DNA of 64,000 nt from a virus. Its lineage: Duplodnaviria > Caudoviricetes. The notes beneath the pieces were generated by a model. The model searched no databases, was not told the origin of the DNA, and saw only the letters and a list, made by a program, of their open reading frames with translations. Positions 42,949 to 52,945 of the stretch are shown here, piece after piece; position 1 is the first letter of the stretch, and each line of letters opens with the position of its first letter. A program made the translations under genes and the position numbers. Location of the stretch: IMG/VR virus record IMGVR_UViG_3300027707_000015, positions 942 through 64,941 of that record. One strand, given 5' to 3'.

Positions 42949-45219
42949 ATGGCCTATGTAATTAACAAGTTTAATGGGGTACAATTAGTAGTGTTGGATG
43001 ACGGCACTATAGATACCACCACCAGTCTGGGTCTAGTGGGCAGGAACTATGTGGGCTACGGTGAAACACAGAATGAAAATTTTGTATTTCTCTTAGAAAA
43101 TTTTGCCAACACAGCTCCTCCTTCGAGACCGTTGCCTGGGCAGATATGGTTTAATACCACAGACGATACGGCATATGCCTATGATGGATCAAATTGGAAT
43201 CCTATTGGATCGGCTACACTAAGTTCATCAGCCCCACCTAATACCAACTCCGGTGCTCTATGGTTAAAAACTCCTATTAATCAATTATATGTATATACTG
43301 GTACAGAATGGAGATTTATAGGACCTGAGGCTGTGGAAGGATTTGGATCCACTAGAGCCAGAGCTGGCTCTTTAGATAATACAGCAGGCGATCCTCAGCC
43401 TGTGATCTTTTTAGAAACCAATGGTTCTGTATTTGCTATCTGTACTGCTGCTGCGTTTGTTATAAATCCCAGCAATTCAGTCGCTGGATTCGGCAATGCC
43501 TTGCAGGCGGGAATTAATTTATCTGCCACAGCCAAGATCAATGGCAGCATAACAGGCAACGCTGCCACAGCAGATCAATTGGCCACTGCAAGATTGATTA
43601 ATGGCGTGCCATTTAATGCTTCATCCGACGTCACAGTGACCGCTAACACTACTAATCTATTGAAAAAAGGCACTTATATTGCTGGTGCTGATTTTAACGG
43701 TAGTTCAGAAACTACATGGAGTGTTGACGCAACATCTTCCAACGTTATAGGAAAGCTAGTAGCAAGAAATTCAGAAGGTGGATTTTCGGCAGGTACTATT
43801 ACAGCTACATTTATAGGTGATCTAACTGGCAATGTTACTGCTGCTAGCGGAACCAGTGTATTCAACACAGTACAGGCTAATCAATTTATCGGAGCTACTT
43901 TGTCAGGTAATGCAGCTACCGCTACAAGATTGGCTACTGCGCGAACTATAAACGGTGTAAATTTTGATGGATCTAACAGTATCACGGTATCGGCTAGTGC
44001 AGAAACATTAACAGGAAATGCTATTAATAATTCTGTGACACTAAGCGGCCTGACACAGGTAGGTACACTAAGTTCTCTAAATGTCAATGACAGTGGAATA
44101 TTTCTAGGCAGCGGAACACAACTGAGAGTATTTGTAGACTCCAGTGTCCCCACAATTAGATCAACCACTGGTCGATTGAATTTTGATATGGGTGGCAGCG
44201 GACCTGATATTAACTTTGTAGATTCTGCAACTTCTTTGAGCCTCGGTGGACCAAATGCTCCGGCTATAACAGGCGACAACACCACCAATCTCGGTATCAC
44301 AGGATACAAATTTAACAGTGTGTATGCCAATAACTTTTTTGGTAACGCTACCACAGCTACCCTAGCAACCACAGCTACTAATCTTCCAGGCGGCGGCCTT
44401 GGCGCTATTCCTTATCAAACAGCAGCTGGCGCCACTACCATGTTAGGCCTGGGAGCATCTGGTACTGTGCTTACTGCACAGGCAGGTGGACTAGCATGGC
44501 AGACGATTGCTCAAGAATCTCTAACCAAAGGTAGTTATTTGAATATGATAAACACCACCACTAGTGGTAGTTTAAGTTTATTTGATGGTAATATTCCGGC
44601 AACAATTTCAGTAGATGCTACCACAACTAACACCGCTAGTAAAGTTGTAGCACGTGATGCCAGCGGCAATTTTTCAGCAGGTACGATCACAGCTAATCTC
44701 GTAGGAGCAGTTACAGGTAATGCTTCTACCGCAACACAATTACAAACTGCAAGAAACATCAACGGGGTATCGTTCAATGGCACACAAGATATAACAATTG
44801 TAGCTACTGACGCTACTAAAGTGGCACTGGCAGGCAGCACTATGACAGGGTATCTAACATTAGTTGGCGCTCCTGTGAATGGCAATCACGCCACCACTAA
44901 AACTTATGTAGACAGCAGATTGCCTCAGTATACTATTGTCAGTGGAGCACAATACAGCACATCGGGATTTACCAATCAAGTTGGATCATTCAACGATGGT
45001 GCTAACTTCTTTGATGTGTTCCCCCCGGCGGGAAAAAGCATGGGAAATATTGTAGCTTTCATTCCGTCTATCCATGTAATTCATTATGCTGGCGGTGTCA
45101 ACGGCGATGATTCAATGCGATGTACATATTCGTATCTCGGTGATAGGATCAGAGTCTATGTGCAGAACACAGAACAACGAAGCACACCTGCAGCCAACTA
45201 TTTGGCCATTTGGAGTTAA
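42949..45219 (+). CDS. Tail fibre protein with internal repeats and C-terminal receptor-binding domain
   Basis: Shared N-terminus; three GNAxTAxxLxTARxINGVxF repeats; two VDATxxNxxxKxVARxxxGxFSAGTITA repeats; followed by a chaperone gene. Confidence 0.8.
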   Translation: MAYVINKFNGVQLVVLDDGTIDTTTSLGLVGRNYVGYGETQNENFVFLLENFANTAPPSRPLPGQIWFNTTDDTAYAYDGSNWNPIGSATLSSSAPPNTNSGALWLKTPINQLYVYTGTEWRFIGPEAVEGFGSTRARAGSLDNTAGDPQPVIFLETNGSVFAICTAAAFVINPSNSVAGFGNALQAGINLSATAKINGSITGNAATADQLATARLINGVPFNASSDVTVTANTTNLLKKGTYIAGADFNGSSETTWSVDATSSNVIGKLVARNSEGGFSAGTITATFIGDLTGNVTAASGTSVFNTVQANQFIGATLSGNAATATRLATARTINGVNFDGSNSITVSASAETLTGNAINNSVTLSGLTQVGTLSSLNVNDSGIFLGSGTQLRVFVDSSVPTIRSTTGRLNFDMGGSGPDINFVDSATSLSLGGPNAPAITGDNTTNLGITGYKFNSVYANNFFGNATTATLATTATNLPGGGLGAIPYQTAAGATTMLGLGASGTVLTAQAGGLAWQTIAQESLTKGSYLNMINTTTSGSLSLFDGNIPATISVDATTTNTASKVVARDASGNFSAGTITANLVGAVTGNASTATQLQTARNINGVSFNGTQDITIVATDATKVALAGSTMTGYLTLVGAPVNGNHATTKTYVDSRLPQYTIVSGAQYSTSGFTNQVGSFNDGANFFDVFPPAGKSMGNIVAFIPSIHVIHYAGGVNGDDSMRCTYSYLGDRIRVYVQNTEQRSTPAANYLAIWS

Positions 45220-45221
45220 TC

Positions 45222-45578
45222 ATGAATTACGTTTGTATAGAAAATAATCTAGTAGTTGGTGTATTAAATTACCAGCCCAATGTACCGGGCTCAGTTACAG
45301 TAGTAGAAATTACAGATGCACAAGCTGCCCAAATAGCAGCTCAAACACATTATTTTGATGTACCTAGCAGATCTGTTACTGCGGTAAGCTCTGCTATTAC
45401 AGCGCAAAAAGTAGCAGATGTTGCCAACGGACAAGAGCGTGAATTTTTAAACAGCACAGATTGGAAAGTTTTAAGGCATATTAGACAGAAAGCACTGAAT
45501 ATCGCCACCAGTCTATCAGATGCAGAATACATACAACTTGAGCAACAGCGTGAAGCCGCAGCAGCTCGTATAGTATGA
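45222..45578 (+). CDS. Tail fibre assembly chaperone-like protein
   Basis: ATG at 45222 after a GGAG RBS; REFLNSTDWKVLRH...REAAAARI resembles fibre-assembly chaperones. Confidence 0.65.
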   Translation: MNYVCIENNLVVGVLNYQPNVPGSVTVVEITDAQAAQIAAQTHYFDVPSRSVTAVSSAITAQKVADVANGQEREFLNSTDWKVLRHIRQKALNIATSLSDAEYIQLEQQREAAAARIV

Positions 45579-45582
45579 CAGC

Positions 45583-45590
45583 AATAAATA
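45583..45590 (+). promoter_or_regulatory. Late promoter AATAAATA
   Basis: Upstream of the ATG at 45613. Confidence 0.6.
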
Positions 45591-45612
45591 CAAGATATTA
45601 GGGGCTAACAGC

Positions 45613-47415
45613 ATGGCATATGAAGTCAACAAATTCAACGGTGTATTTTTAACGTCAGTAGCTGACGGCACCATCGACACCACTACTGATCTAAGATTAG
45701 TTGGTAAGAATTACGCAGGTTACGGTGAAGTACAGAATGAAAATTTTGTGCATCTATTAGAAAATTTCGCCAACACCACAGCACCTCCTAAATCTATTAC
45801 TGGTCAAATCTGGTTCGATACCTCTACTAAAAAACTCAAATTCTATGATGGAACTAGGTTCAAAGTAGCCAGCGGCGCCGAAGCCAGCGCATCCGCACCC
45901 AGCGGTCTAGCCGCAGGCGATTTTTGGTGGGATACCGGAGCTAAACAATTATACACATACAACGGTACAGCATTCACTCTAATCGGTCCGATTTCTAGTC
46001 CGGATCTAGGAACTTCGACGATTAGTCCAGCAGTGGTCTATGGAACCATAGGCACCGCAGAAGGCCCACATACTATATTAAAGGTCATATCTGATAGCAA
46101 AACTATTGCAGTGATCAGCAAGACTGCATTCACTCTCGACAACAGTAAAAATGCCATAGATGATTTTACAGTCATAAAGAAAGGCGTTACATTGGCCAAA
46201 TCACAAACTGGTGTGTCCACTGATGATTTTACCTTTTGGGGTACTGCTAGTAACGCCGCTAAACTAGGCGGCTTCACAGCCGACCAATATATTAAAACAG
46301 GCGAAAGCTCATTTACGTCAGAAGTCAGTTTCAAAGATCCCGGCCTGCAAGTAGGTGATGGTAACGATCTTAGAATACGAGTAGAAGGCGGAAATCAAGT
46401 TGTAGTTGAAAATCGCTTAGGTAACGAAATTACATTTAGAATCACAGTTACTGAGACTACGGATGAAAGAGACATAGCTGTTATAACCTCCACAGGACTA
46501 GTTCCCGGAGTTGGTGGTTCTTATACGTTAGGAACTTCAGACTTGCGATGGAGCAATGTCCATGCTAATATATTTACTGGCTCTTTGGTAGGTGCAGTTA
46601 CAGGAAATACAACCGGCAGTCACAAAGGCAATGTGCTGGCCAATGATAATGATATCATGATCAATGCTGCTACCAAGCAGATAGGATTTGCTGGTGCTAA
46701 TATTGTAGGCACATTAACTGGATCTATCACAGGATCATCTGCCACAGCCGCAGATGCCGGCACCCTAAACGGATTGGCTTCCAGCGCCACTGTGCCTGGG
46801 TCGGCAATAGCCACAGTGACTATACGTAATTCCAGCGGTAACATATTAGCTAACCAATTTGTGGGCATAGCAGACAACGTAGACCGTACGTTTATTGACC
46901 GCACTGATGCTAGAGTTGACCCAGCGTGGTCAGATGGCACAGCCAGTACTCAATACAGAACTGCTAGACTCACAGCCACTGCTTACAGCATAGCTGCTAG
47001 GGATGTCAGCGGTAACATCACAGCTAACATCTTTAATGGCACAGCCACAGCTGCTCGATACGCTGACCTAGCAGAAAAATATCTTGCTGATCAAGAATAC
47101 GAAGTTGGCACAGTGGTGATGATAGGCGGCGAAAAAGAAGTTACTGCTGCAGATGTCAACACTCGTGCTGTTGGAGTGGTATCTGCCAACCCAGCTTACA
47201 TGATGAACAGTGAATTACAAGGCGGCACTTATATCGCTCTAAAAGGTCGTGTACCATGCAAGGTATATGGTTCAGTTAGAAAAGGTGATCGGTTGGTAGC
47301 TGGCCCTAGAGGCGCAGCAATTGCCGCACATGGCAATTATGCCAATGTGTTTGCAGTAGCACTAGAGTCAACTGGATCAGATAATATTAGCGTAATAGAA
47401 GCATTGGTGTTATAA
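45613..47415 (+). CDS. Fibre protein with C-terminal intramolecular chaperone / autocleavage domain (Peptidase_G2-like)
   Basis: Shared N-terminus; C-terminal YADLAEKY...VGVVS..PAY.MN...IALKGRVPCKV..GDRLV. Confidence 0.75.
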   Translation: MAYEVNKFNGVFLTSVADGTIDTTTDLRLVGKNYAGYGEVQNENFVHLLENFANTTAPPKSITGQIWFDTSTKKLKFYDGTRFKVASGAEASASAPSGLAAGDFWWDTGAKQLYTYNGTAFTLIGPISSPDLGTSTISPAVVYGTIGTAEGPHTILKVISDSKTIAVISKTAFTLDNSKNAIDDFTVIKKGVTLAKSQTGVSTDDFTFWGTASNAAKLGGFTADQYIKTGESSFTSEVSFKDPGLQVGDGNDLRIRVEGGNQVVVENRLGNEITFRITVTETTDERDIAVITSTGLVPGVGGSYTLGTSDLRWSNVHANIFTGSLVGAVTGNTTGSHKGNVLANDNDIMINAATKQIGFAGANIVGTLTGSITGSSATAADAGTLNGLASSATVPGSAIATVTIRNSSGNILANQFVGIADNVDRTFIDRTDARVDPAWSDGTASTQYRTARLTATAYSIAARDVSGNITANIFNGTATAARYADLAEKYLADQEYEVGTVVMIGGEKEVTAADVNTRAVGVVSANPAYMMNSELQGGTYIALKGRVPCKVYGSVRKGDRLVAGPRGAAIAAHGNYANVFAVALESTGSDNISVIEALVL

Positions 47416-48329
47416 TGACTTTAGGAACCAACGTCTTTGCTGCACAATATGTAGCTATACAAAACAAAGCAGAAACAATGATAGGCACAGGTTCTGGCAC
47501 ACTAGGCTACGGACAAACTATACAAAGTTCCGACGTGTTTTCTGGCAACACAATTACCAAAGCACAATGGGATCTAATTAAATTTGATATTATTAATATT
47601 AAATTTCATCAAGATGGAACCATTCCTCCGGTAGTGAATGTTAATGTAGGCGATCCTATAGGGTTTGGAGCTAATTCACCGAATACCAATTATGATATAC
47701 TATTAAATGATGCCAGTGCAAAAAGGTTTCTCATAGCCGGAAGCCAATCTATAGTCGCTGCCAAAGCCAGCCAAACATATAGCACACCGTGGTCCACGCA
47801 GGCACAGGCAACACTAACAGTGACATTTGGTGATGCTAATCAAGGCAGATATTTTTTCAACAGCGGCGGCAAAATAAGATTAACTTCGTCTCTAGTAGGA
47901 GCAGCAATATCACCACAGATCACTGCTTGGGTTAATTTTCTAAGCTCAGTTGGCACGCAGGGATTTGGTGCCGACACTGACCCTGCAGTTAATTACTATA
48001 CAATGACAAATTCTTATCAGACCTATTATCAAAATTTCTTGAGCAGTTCTTATTCTGCCAACAGTTACAAACTTGAAGCCAGAACCAATGTATCAAACAA
48101 TTCCACTGGAACAGCCACGCAGTTAGAAATACGTGTGACACTTTTAGATAGCTACATTGATCCGGACACAGCTAATCCCGGCCCGCCAACCTTTGCGCCA
48201 AACGACGTTGTCAACGGCACCTTGACCATATCTGTATCTGAACTCAAAGCATCCGGGCAATTACAACCTTCTGGTACTTTTTCTATAACCAGCCCATCGT
48301 ATTCACTTTCTAGTATAACAGGCAGTTAA
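47415..48329 (+). CDS. Putative virion structural protein (paralog of 48346-49344)
   Basis: Shared GxGSGxxGYGQ, DIINxxxHQxG, YxFNSGGKxR and QLEIRV motifs. Confidence 0.65.
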   Translation: MTLGTNVFAAQYVAIQNKAETMIGTGSGTLGYGQTIQSSDVFSGNTITKAQWDLIKFDIINIKFHQDGTIPPVVNVNVGDPIGFGANSPNTNYDILLNDASAKRFLIAGSQSIVAAKASQTYSTPWSTQAQATLTVTFGDANQGRYFFNSGGKIRLTSSLVGAAISPQITAWVNFLSSVGTQGFGADTDPAVNYYTMTNSYQTYYQNFLSSSYSANSYKLEARTNVSNNSTGTATQLEIRVTLLDSYIDPDTANPGPPTFAPNDVVNGTLTISVSELKASGQLQPSGTFSITSPSYSLSSITGS

Positions 48330-48333
48330 GGAC

Positions 48334-48340
48334 TTAAATA
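48334..48340 (+). promoter_or_regulatory. Late promoter-like TTAAATA
   Basis: 5 nt before the ATG at 48346. Confidence 0.45.
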
Positions 48341-48345
48341 ATCTC

Positions 48346-49344
48346 ATGCCAGCAGTTAACAGTAAAATTCTTAAAGTAGATTATAACGCAATCAGAGACA
48401 AGGTAATTGGGGTCTTGGGATTCGGATCAGGTAATTTTGGTTACGGTCAGCAGGCACGGATTCAATCAACGGCAGTCACCGATGACAGCAAAGTCACCAT
48501 CAACGAATGGGCCAATCTCAGATATGATATTATCAACGCCTACAAGCATCAAAACGGATCTAATCCAACCACTGCTGTGGTCTCTGAAGGTGGCACAATA
48601 AGGTATACTTCGAGCTTTACCCCAGACACCGGCACACTGGATGTGCCCCAACGCCAGTATGATGCATGGGCAGATGATTTAATCACTTATAGATTTTTAG
48701 TAGCAGCTGGCGAGTCCGCCACCACTGGAGTTGTGTCATCAAGTAAAACAACTTCGTGGTTATCTCAATGTGTGTGTACCATACAGATCTATTGGTCAAA
48801 TTCCAATGATGCCAGATATTGGTTCAACAGTGGCGGCAAAGTCCGAATCAGTGCATCTAGATCCGGCGGCGCTGCAACTAATCAAAATACATCGTGGACT
48901 AGTTTATTGAGTTCGGCCGGTACTCAGAGTTTCGGTGCCGCGACCCCGAGTACAGGAACATCACCCAATGATGGCACAAATTGGTATAAAACTACCAGCA
49001 CATTTCAAACCTACTACACAGCCACCGCATCAAGCCCTTATGGATCTAACACCTATCAATTGCAGGCTAGATGTGTTGACCAACCCAGTAACAGTGGAGG
49101 CTCTGCAAGCCAATTAGAGATTCGGGTGCTATTCACAGACCCATATGTTGATCCAGGAGTCGGAGTACCACCTGCAGGAGTCCAAACTCAAACAGCAGCG
49201 AATTTCCCCCCTGGAGATTTAGTGGATGGTACGCTGACTGTGAATGTTTCTTCACTGTATGCCACAGGTATTATGGTGCCTGGAAGCTTAAACTTTACAG
49301 TGCCTCAACCAATTATTGCCATAGGCGCAGTAACCGGCAGTTAA
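48346..49344 (+). CDS. Putative virion structural protein (paralog of 47415-48329)
   Basis: Same motifs as the upstream paralog. Confidence 0.65.
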   Translation: MPAVNSKILKVDYNAIRDKVIGVLGFGSGNFGYGQQARIQSTAVTDDSKVTINEWANLRYDIINAYKHQNGSNPTTAVVSEGGTIRYTSSFTPDTGTLDVPQRQYDAWADDLITYRFLVAAGESATTGVVSSSKTTSWLSQCVCTIQIYWSNSNDARYWFNSGGKVRISASRSGGAATNQNTSWTSLLSSAGTQSFGAATPSTGTSPNDGTNWYKTTSTFQTYYTATASSPYGSNTYQLQARCVDQPSNSGGSASQLEIRVLFTDPYVDPGVGVPPAGVQTQTAANFPPGDLVDGTLTVNVSSLYATGIMVPGSLNFTVPQPIIAIGAVTGS

Positions 49345-49371
49345 TTAATTTTTCCCAGGTTCTAGTTCATC

Positions 49372-49379
49372 TATAAATA
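49372..49379 (+). promoter_or_regulatory. Late promoter TATAAATA heading the glycosylation island
   Basis: Exact consensus; AAGGAG RBS then ATG at 49407. Confidence 0.75.
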
Positions 49380-49394
49380 AACTACGTAGTTTAT
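49377..49394. promoter_or_regulatory. Perfect 18-bp palindrome ATAAACTACGTAGTTTAT (operator-like)
   Basis: Self-complementary; overlaps the promoter 3' end and the expected start site. Confidence 0.5.
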
Positions 49395-49406
49395 CAAGGA
49401 GAACTC

Positions 49407-49757
49407 ATGGACCAACAGCTTAAACAAGCTCTGGATTTTGCCAACTATCAACAGACCTTTTCTATTCAAAAAAAAGTTCTCAAAGAACGTATGTCAGCCA
49501 AACTAACCTATGGATTCAATGGCGGCCTGTTTCGAATCGATAGAACTCTTTTGACTTTTGTAGACATGCTGTGCGCCAAGGATAGAACATCCGGAGTGAT
49601 TCTGTTAGATGCCAATGAAAATCCTGTGCTAGTAGATGACCTCGAAGAATTTCGTGATGAGATTTTCCGCAGATATTTTGAAGTTACTAATGAATATTTT
49701 GAACAACATCAAAAGATTAAAAAAAGTAGATCTGTGGAAAAACTAATATCGCAATGA
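49407..49757 (+). CDS. Hypothetical protein
   Basis: 116-aa ORF with a strong RBS. Confidence 0.75.
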   Translation: MDQQLKQALDFANYQQTFSIQKKVLKERMSAKLTYGFNGGLFRIDRTLLTFVDMLCAKDRTSGVILLDANENPVLVDDLEEFRDEIFRRYFEVTNEYFEQHQKIKKSRSVEKLISQ

Positions 49758-50614
49758 CACAGGGAATACTACTCTATGCACACAATAATCGCACAGTCGA
49801 TTATGCATTAATGTCGGTAATAGCTGGGGGGCTGGCTAAGAAAAATTTGCAGGTTCCAGTTTCGTTGATTACCGATGCATCTACTATTGCATGGATGAAG
49901 GAATCAAATATTTTTAATCAGGCCGAGACCGTGTTTGATCATATTATCGTGGTTGACAGACCTACCACTGATAATCAAAGACGCCTGCATGACGGTCAAA
50001 CCGGTCAGATGATTCCGTTTATAAACACCAACAGAAGTACAGCATATGATCTTACCCCCTACGATAGAACATTATTAATAGACAGTGATTTTTTTATCTT
50101 GTCAAACAGTCTTGGAGAATATTGGAATGTTGATGCAGATGTCATGCTAGGAAGTGCTATCAACGATATCTATGATGATTCTCGTGTAGGATACCTAGAC
50201 AGGCACGTGAGTGACACAGGCGTCAAAATGTATTGGGCTACCACAGTGATGTTTTCAAAGAATGCAAATGCCAAATTGTTTTTTGACACAGTAAATTATG
50301 TCAAAGAAAATTACTCTCAATTTGCCGATGTGTTTAGATTTGACTGTCGTCAATTTAGAAATGACATTGCCTTTAGTGTGGCTAAACATATATTAGATGG
50401 CTATCAACAGGATGACGTATTATCATTGCCTCCGGTATTATCAGCCTTGGACAAGGATATCCTGCATGGTGTTAATGGTAACACTCTGACATTTCTTGTA
50501 GATCATAAATTGACCAACTCGTATTGTGCTGCTGCTATATCTAACATAGACATACATATCATGAACAAGCAAAGTGTGATTAGAAACAAACAGGCGTTAT
50601 TGGAGTTAATATGA
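49754..50614 (+). CDS. Nucleotide-diphospho-sugar transferase (GT-A fold)
   Basis: TPYDRTLLIDSDF DxD motif; paralogous to the next gene. Confidence 0.7.
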   Translation: MTQGILLYAHNNRTVDYALMSVIAGGLAKKNLQVPVSLITDASTIAWMKESNIFNQAETVFDHIIVVDRPTTDNQRRLHDGQTGQMIPFINTNRSTAYDLTPYDRTLLIDSDFFILSNSLGEYWNVDADVMLGSAINDIYDDSRVGYLDRHVSDTGVKMYWATTVMFSKNANAKLFFDTVNYVKENYSQFADVFRFDCRQFRNDIAFSVAKHILDGYQQDDVLSLPPVLSALDKDILHGVNGNTLTFLVDHKLTNSYCAAAISNIDIHIMNKQSVIRNKQALLELI

Positions 50615-51450
50615 ACTTCGGATATTTGCTAATTGTTGCAGAACACGAGTCTATTGATTATCTACAGCTGGCCTACGGCCTGGCACTGAGTATAAAAAAC
50701 ACACAACGAGAAGGTTACGATCGAGTAGCGATCGTGATAGATGATAAAACAAAAATAGAAAAACTTACCAGCCCGTGGGTGTTTGATCATGTGATAGAAT
50801 GGAGCCAAGAAACATTTTGGGACGGTCGTAGCTGGATGGATCAGCTTACTCCGTTTGATCACACAGTATGTTTAGATGCTGATATGATATTTTTACAAGA
50901 CCACAGCCACTGGATTGATTATTTTGTTGATAACAGTGAATTGTATGTTGCAAATCAAGTGTTCACTTACAGAGGTGATACTGTAGTCGACCGCACTTAC
51001 AGAAAAGCCTTTGATAAAAACAATCTTCCGAATTTATATTCTATGTGGACTTTTTTTAGCAAGGATTCTCAAATGGCCAGAGAATTTTTTGATCTAGGCA
51101 GGAGCATAATTAAAAATCCCATAGAATTTTCAAACATGTTCTTGAATAATTTCAAACCAAAAGTCTTAGGTACTGATGAAGCATTTGCATTGTCTGCAGA
51201 TATACTAGGCATCTCAGACGACATAGCGTATGAATTAGAATTTCCTAGAATAGCACATATGAAACCCATGTTACAGAATTGGCCATGGCCTGCAGATACA
51301 TGGAGTGACCATGTGGGATTTTATTTCAACAAAAAAGGACAATTGAAAATAGGGAACTATCAACAGTATGATATAGTACACTATGTGGAAAAAGATAAAA
51401 TAAACACAGAAATGATAAACAATCTAGAGGAAATCGCATGGAAACCGTAG
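50611..51450 (+). CDS. Nucleotide-diphospho-sugar transferase (GT-A fold)
   Basis: TPFDHTVCLDADM DxD motif; TDEAFALS. Confidence 0.7.
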   Translation: MNFGYLLIVAEHESIDYLQLAYGLALSIKNTQREGYDRVAIVIDDKTKIEKLTSPWVFDHVIEWSQETFWDGRSWMDQLTPFDHTVCLDADMIFLQDHSHWIDYFVDNSELYVANQVFTYRGDTVVDRTYRKAFDKNNLPNLYSMWTFFSKDSQMAREFFDLGRSIIKNPIEFSNMFLNNFKPKVLGTDEAFALSADILGISDDIAYELEFPRIAHMKPMLQNWPWPADTWSDHVGFYFNKKGQLKIGNYQQYDIVHYVEKDKINTEMINNLEEIAWKP

Positions 51451-52055
51451 AAGATTTTGACAAGTGGTTAGCTGAGTACAAGCCAGCACCAGTGAAATAT
51501 GTGGCTGTGTATGATCAACTAACAGGTGCAGTAATCAGTGTAGGTCCTGATTATGCCTTTCCGAATGAAGCATGTGTGGTTGAAATAGATAGCGAAACAG
51601 CATTATCAATCATCACAGCAGAAATACAGATACACCATTGCCAGATAGATATTCATTCGGGCGATTTAGAAATAGCTGAAACAAAAACTTTGAATAAATT
51701 AGATGACGTTTTACATAGAATACCGTTGATACAATATACCGATATAGCTAAACCAGATGTATATCTTACCTATACAGCAAAAAGTCAAACATTAAAAATA
51801 CAGCTATCAACTGAGTTTGGCGGAACCAAAAAATACAAAGATGCAAACAAACAAAGAAAATTTGTTTGGGACGGCAGCACAGTTATGGACTTTTTAATTA
51901 CTGAATACAACGATCCTAATTTGATCTACAAGATGTTTTCTGTTAAAATAAATGATCTAGTAGGTAAAACAGTCACAGTTAAAAACGTATCCTATGATAC
52001 CTTTAGTGTTTATACTAGACGGTTATTTAAAAATTATGTGATTGAACTAAAATGA
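51438..52055 (+). CDS. Hypothetical protein
   Basis: 205-aa ORF coupled to its neighbours. Confidence 0.7.
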   Translation: METVEDFDKWLAEYKPAPVKYVAVYDQLTGAVISVGPDYAFPNEACVVEIDSETALSIITAEIQIHHCQIDIHSGDLEIAETKTLNKLDDVLHRIPLIQYTDIAKPDVYLTYTAKSQTLKIQLSTEFGGTKKYKDANKQRKFVWDGSTVMDFLITEYNDPNLIYKMFSVKINDLVGKTVTVKNVSYDTFSVYTRRLFKNYVIELK

Positions 52056-52945
52056 AAATTATTGAATTTGATATTGTGTTTTTAAGTTATGATGAACCTA
52101 ATGCAGATCTGCATTATGCTGACCTCTGTGTCAAGGTACCTTGGGCCAAGCGTGTACACGGAGTCAAAGGCAGCGACCATGCACACAAAGCCGCAGCAGA
52201 ATTAAGTGAAACAGATTGGTTCATCACCGTTGACGCCGACAACATTGTAGATCCTGCGTTTTTTAATCTAGAACTAGATATGAAAGACCCTAAAATACAG
52301 GTCTACGGGTGGTGCGGTCGAAATAAAATCAATGGGCTTAGATACGGCAACGGTGGAATAAAAATCTGGAAGAAAGACTTTGTTCTCAATATGAAGACGC
52401 ATGAAAATTCAGAAAGTGATCGAGGCCAGGTAGATTTCTGTTGGGAAGATGGATACCGTAATTTTCCAAGGGTCTACAGCGACAGCGTGATTACAGGATC
52501 ACCGTTCCAGGCATGGCGAGCAGGATTCCGTGAAGGTGTTAAGATGACGCTGCTTGATGGAGTGCGTGTGCCGCCACAAGAAATTAAAGAACGCATCTGG
52601 TGGCATAATATTCATCGTCTTCGAATGTGGTCAACTGTAGGCGCCCATGAGGAAAACGGGTTGTATGCTGTTTACGGTGCAAGATTAGGCACATGGATGA
52701 CCAACTGCACCGATTGGAATTATATTGATGTTAGAGATTTTGAAATCCTTAAAAACATATATCAAGAAAATGTTCTTCATGGTAGTTTAGAAACGGACAT
52801 AAAAGACCTAGGAGACAGATTGAAAACTCATCTAGGCCTAGATTATCCTTGTCTGGATGCAGCGCAAAGCAAGTTTACATTGGATCTCTATGACGAGACT
52901 ATTAATCTAGGATTAACATATTATCGGACAGTTGATAATGTATGA
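52052..52945 (+). CDS. Glycosyltransferase-like protein (GT-A/GT2-like)
   Basis: DIVFLSYDEPNAD, RVHGVKG, FITVDADN, YGNGGIKIW, QAWRAGFREGVK. Confidence 0.65.
   Translation: MKIIEFDIVFLSYDEPNADLHYADLCVKVPWAKRVHGVKGSDHAHKAAAELSETDWFITVDADNIVDPAFFNLELDMKDPKIQVYGWCGRNKINGLRYGNGGIKIWKKDFVLNMKTHENSESDRGQVDFCWEDGYRNFPRVYSDSVITGSPFQAWRAGFREGVKMTLLDGVRVPPQEIKERIWWHNIHRLRMWSTVGAHEENGLYAVYGARLGTWMTNCTDWNYIDVRDFEILKNIYQENVLHGSLETDIKDLGDRLKTHLGLDYPCLDAAQSKFTLDLYDETINLGLTYYRTVDNV

Noticed and set aside
38984-49344. Diversity-generating retroelement acting on fibre genes
   Set aside because: No reverse transcriptase and no near-identical template/variable repeat pair seen in the window.
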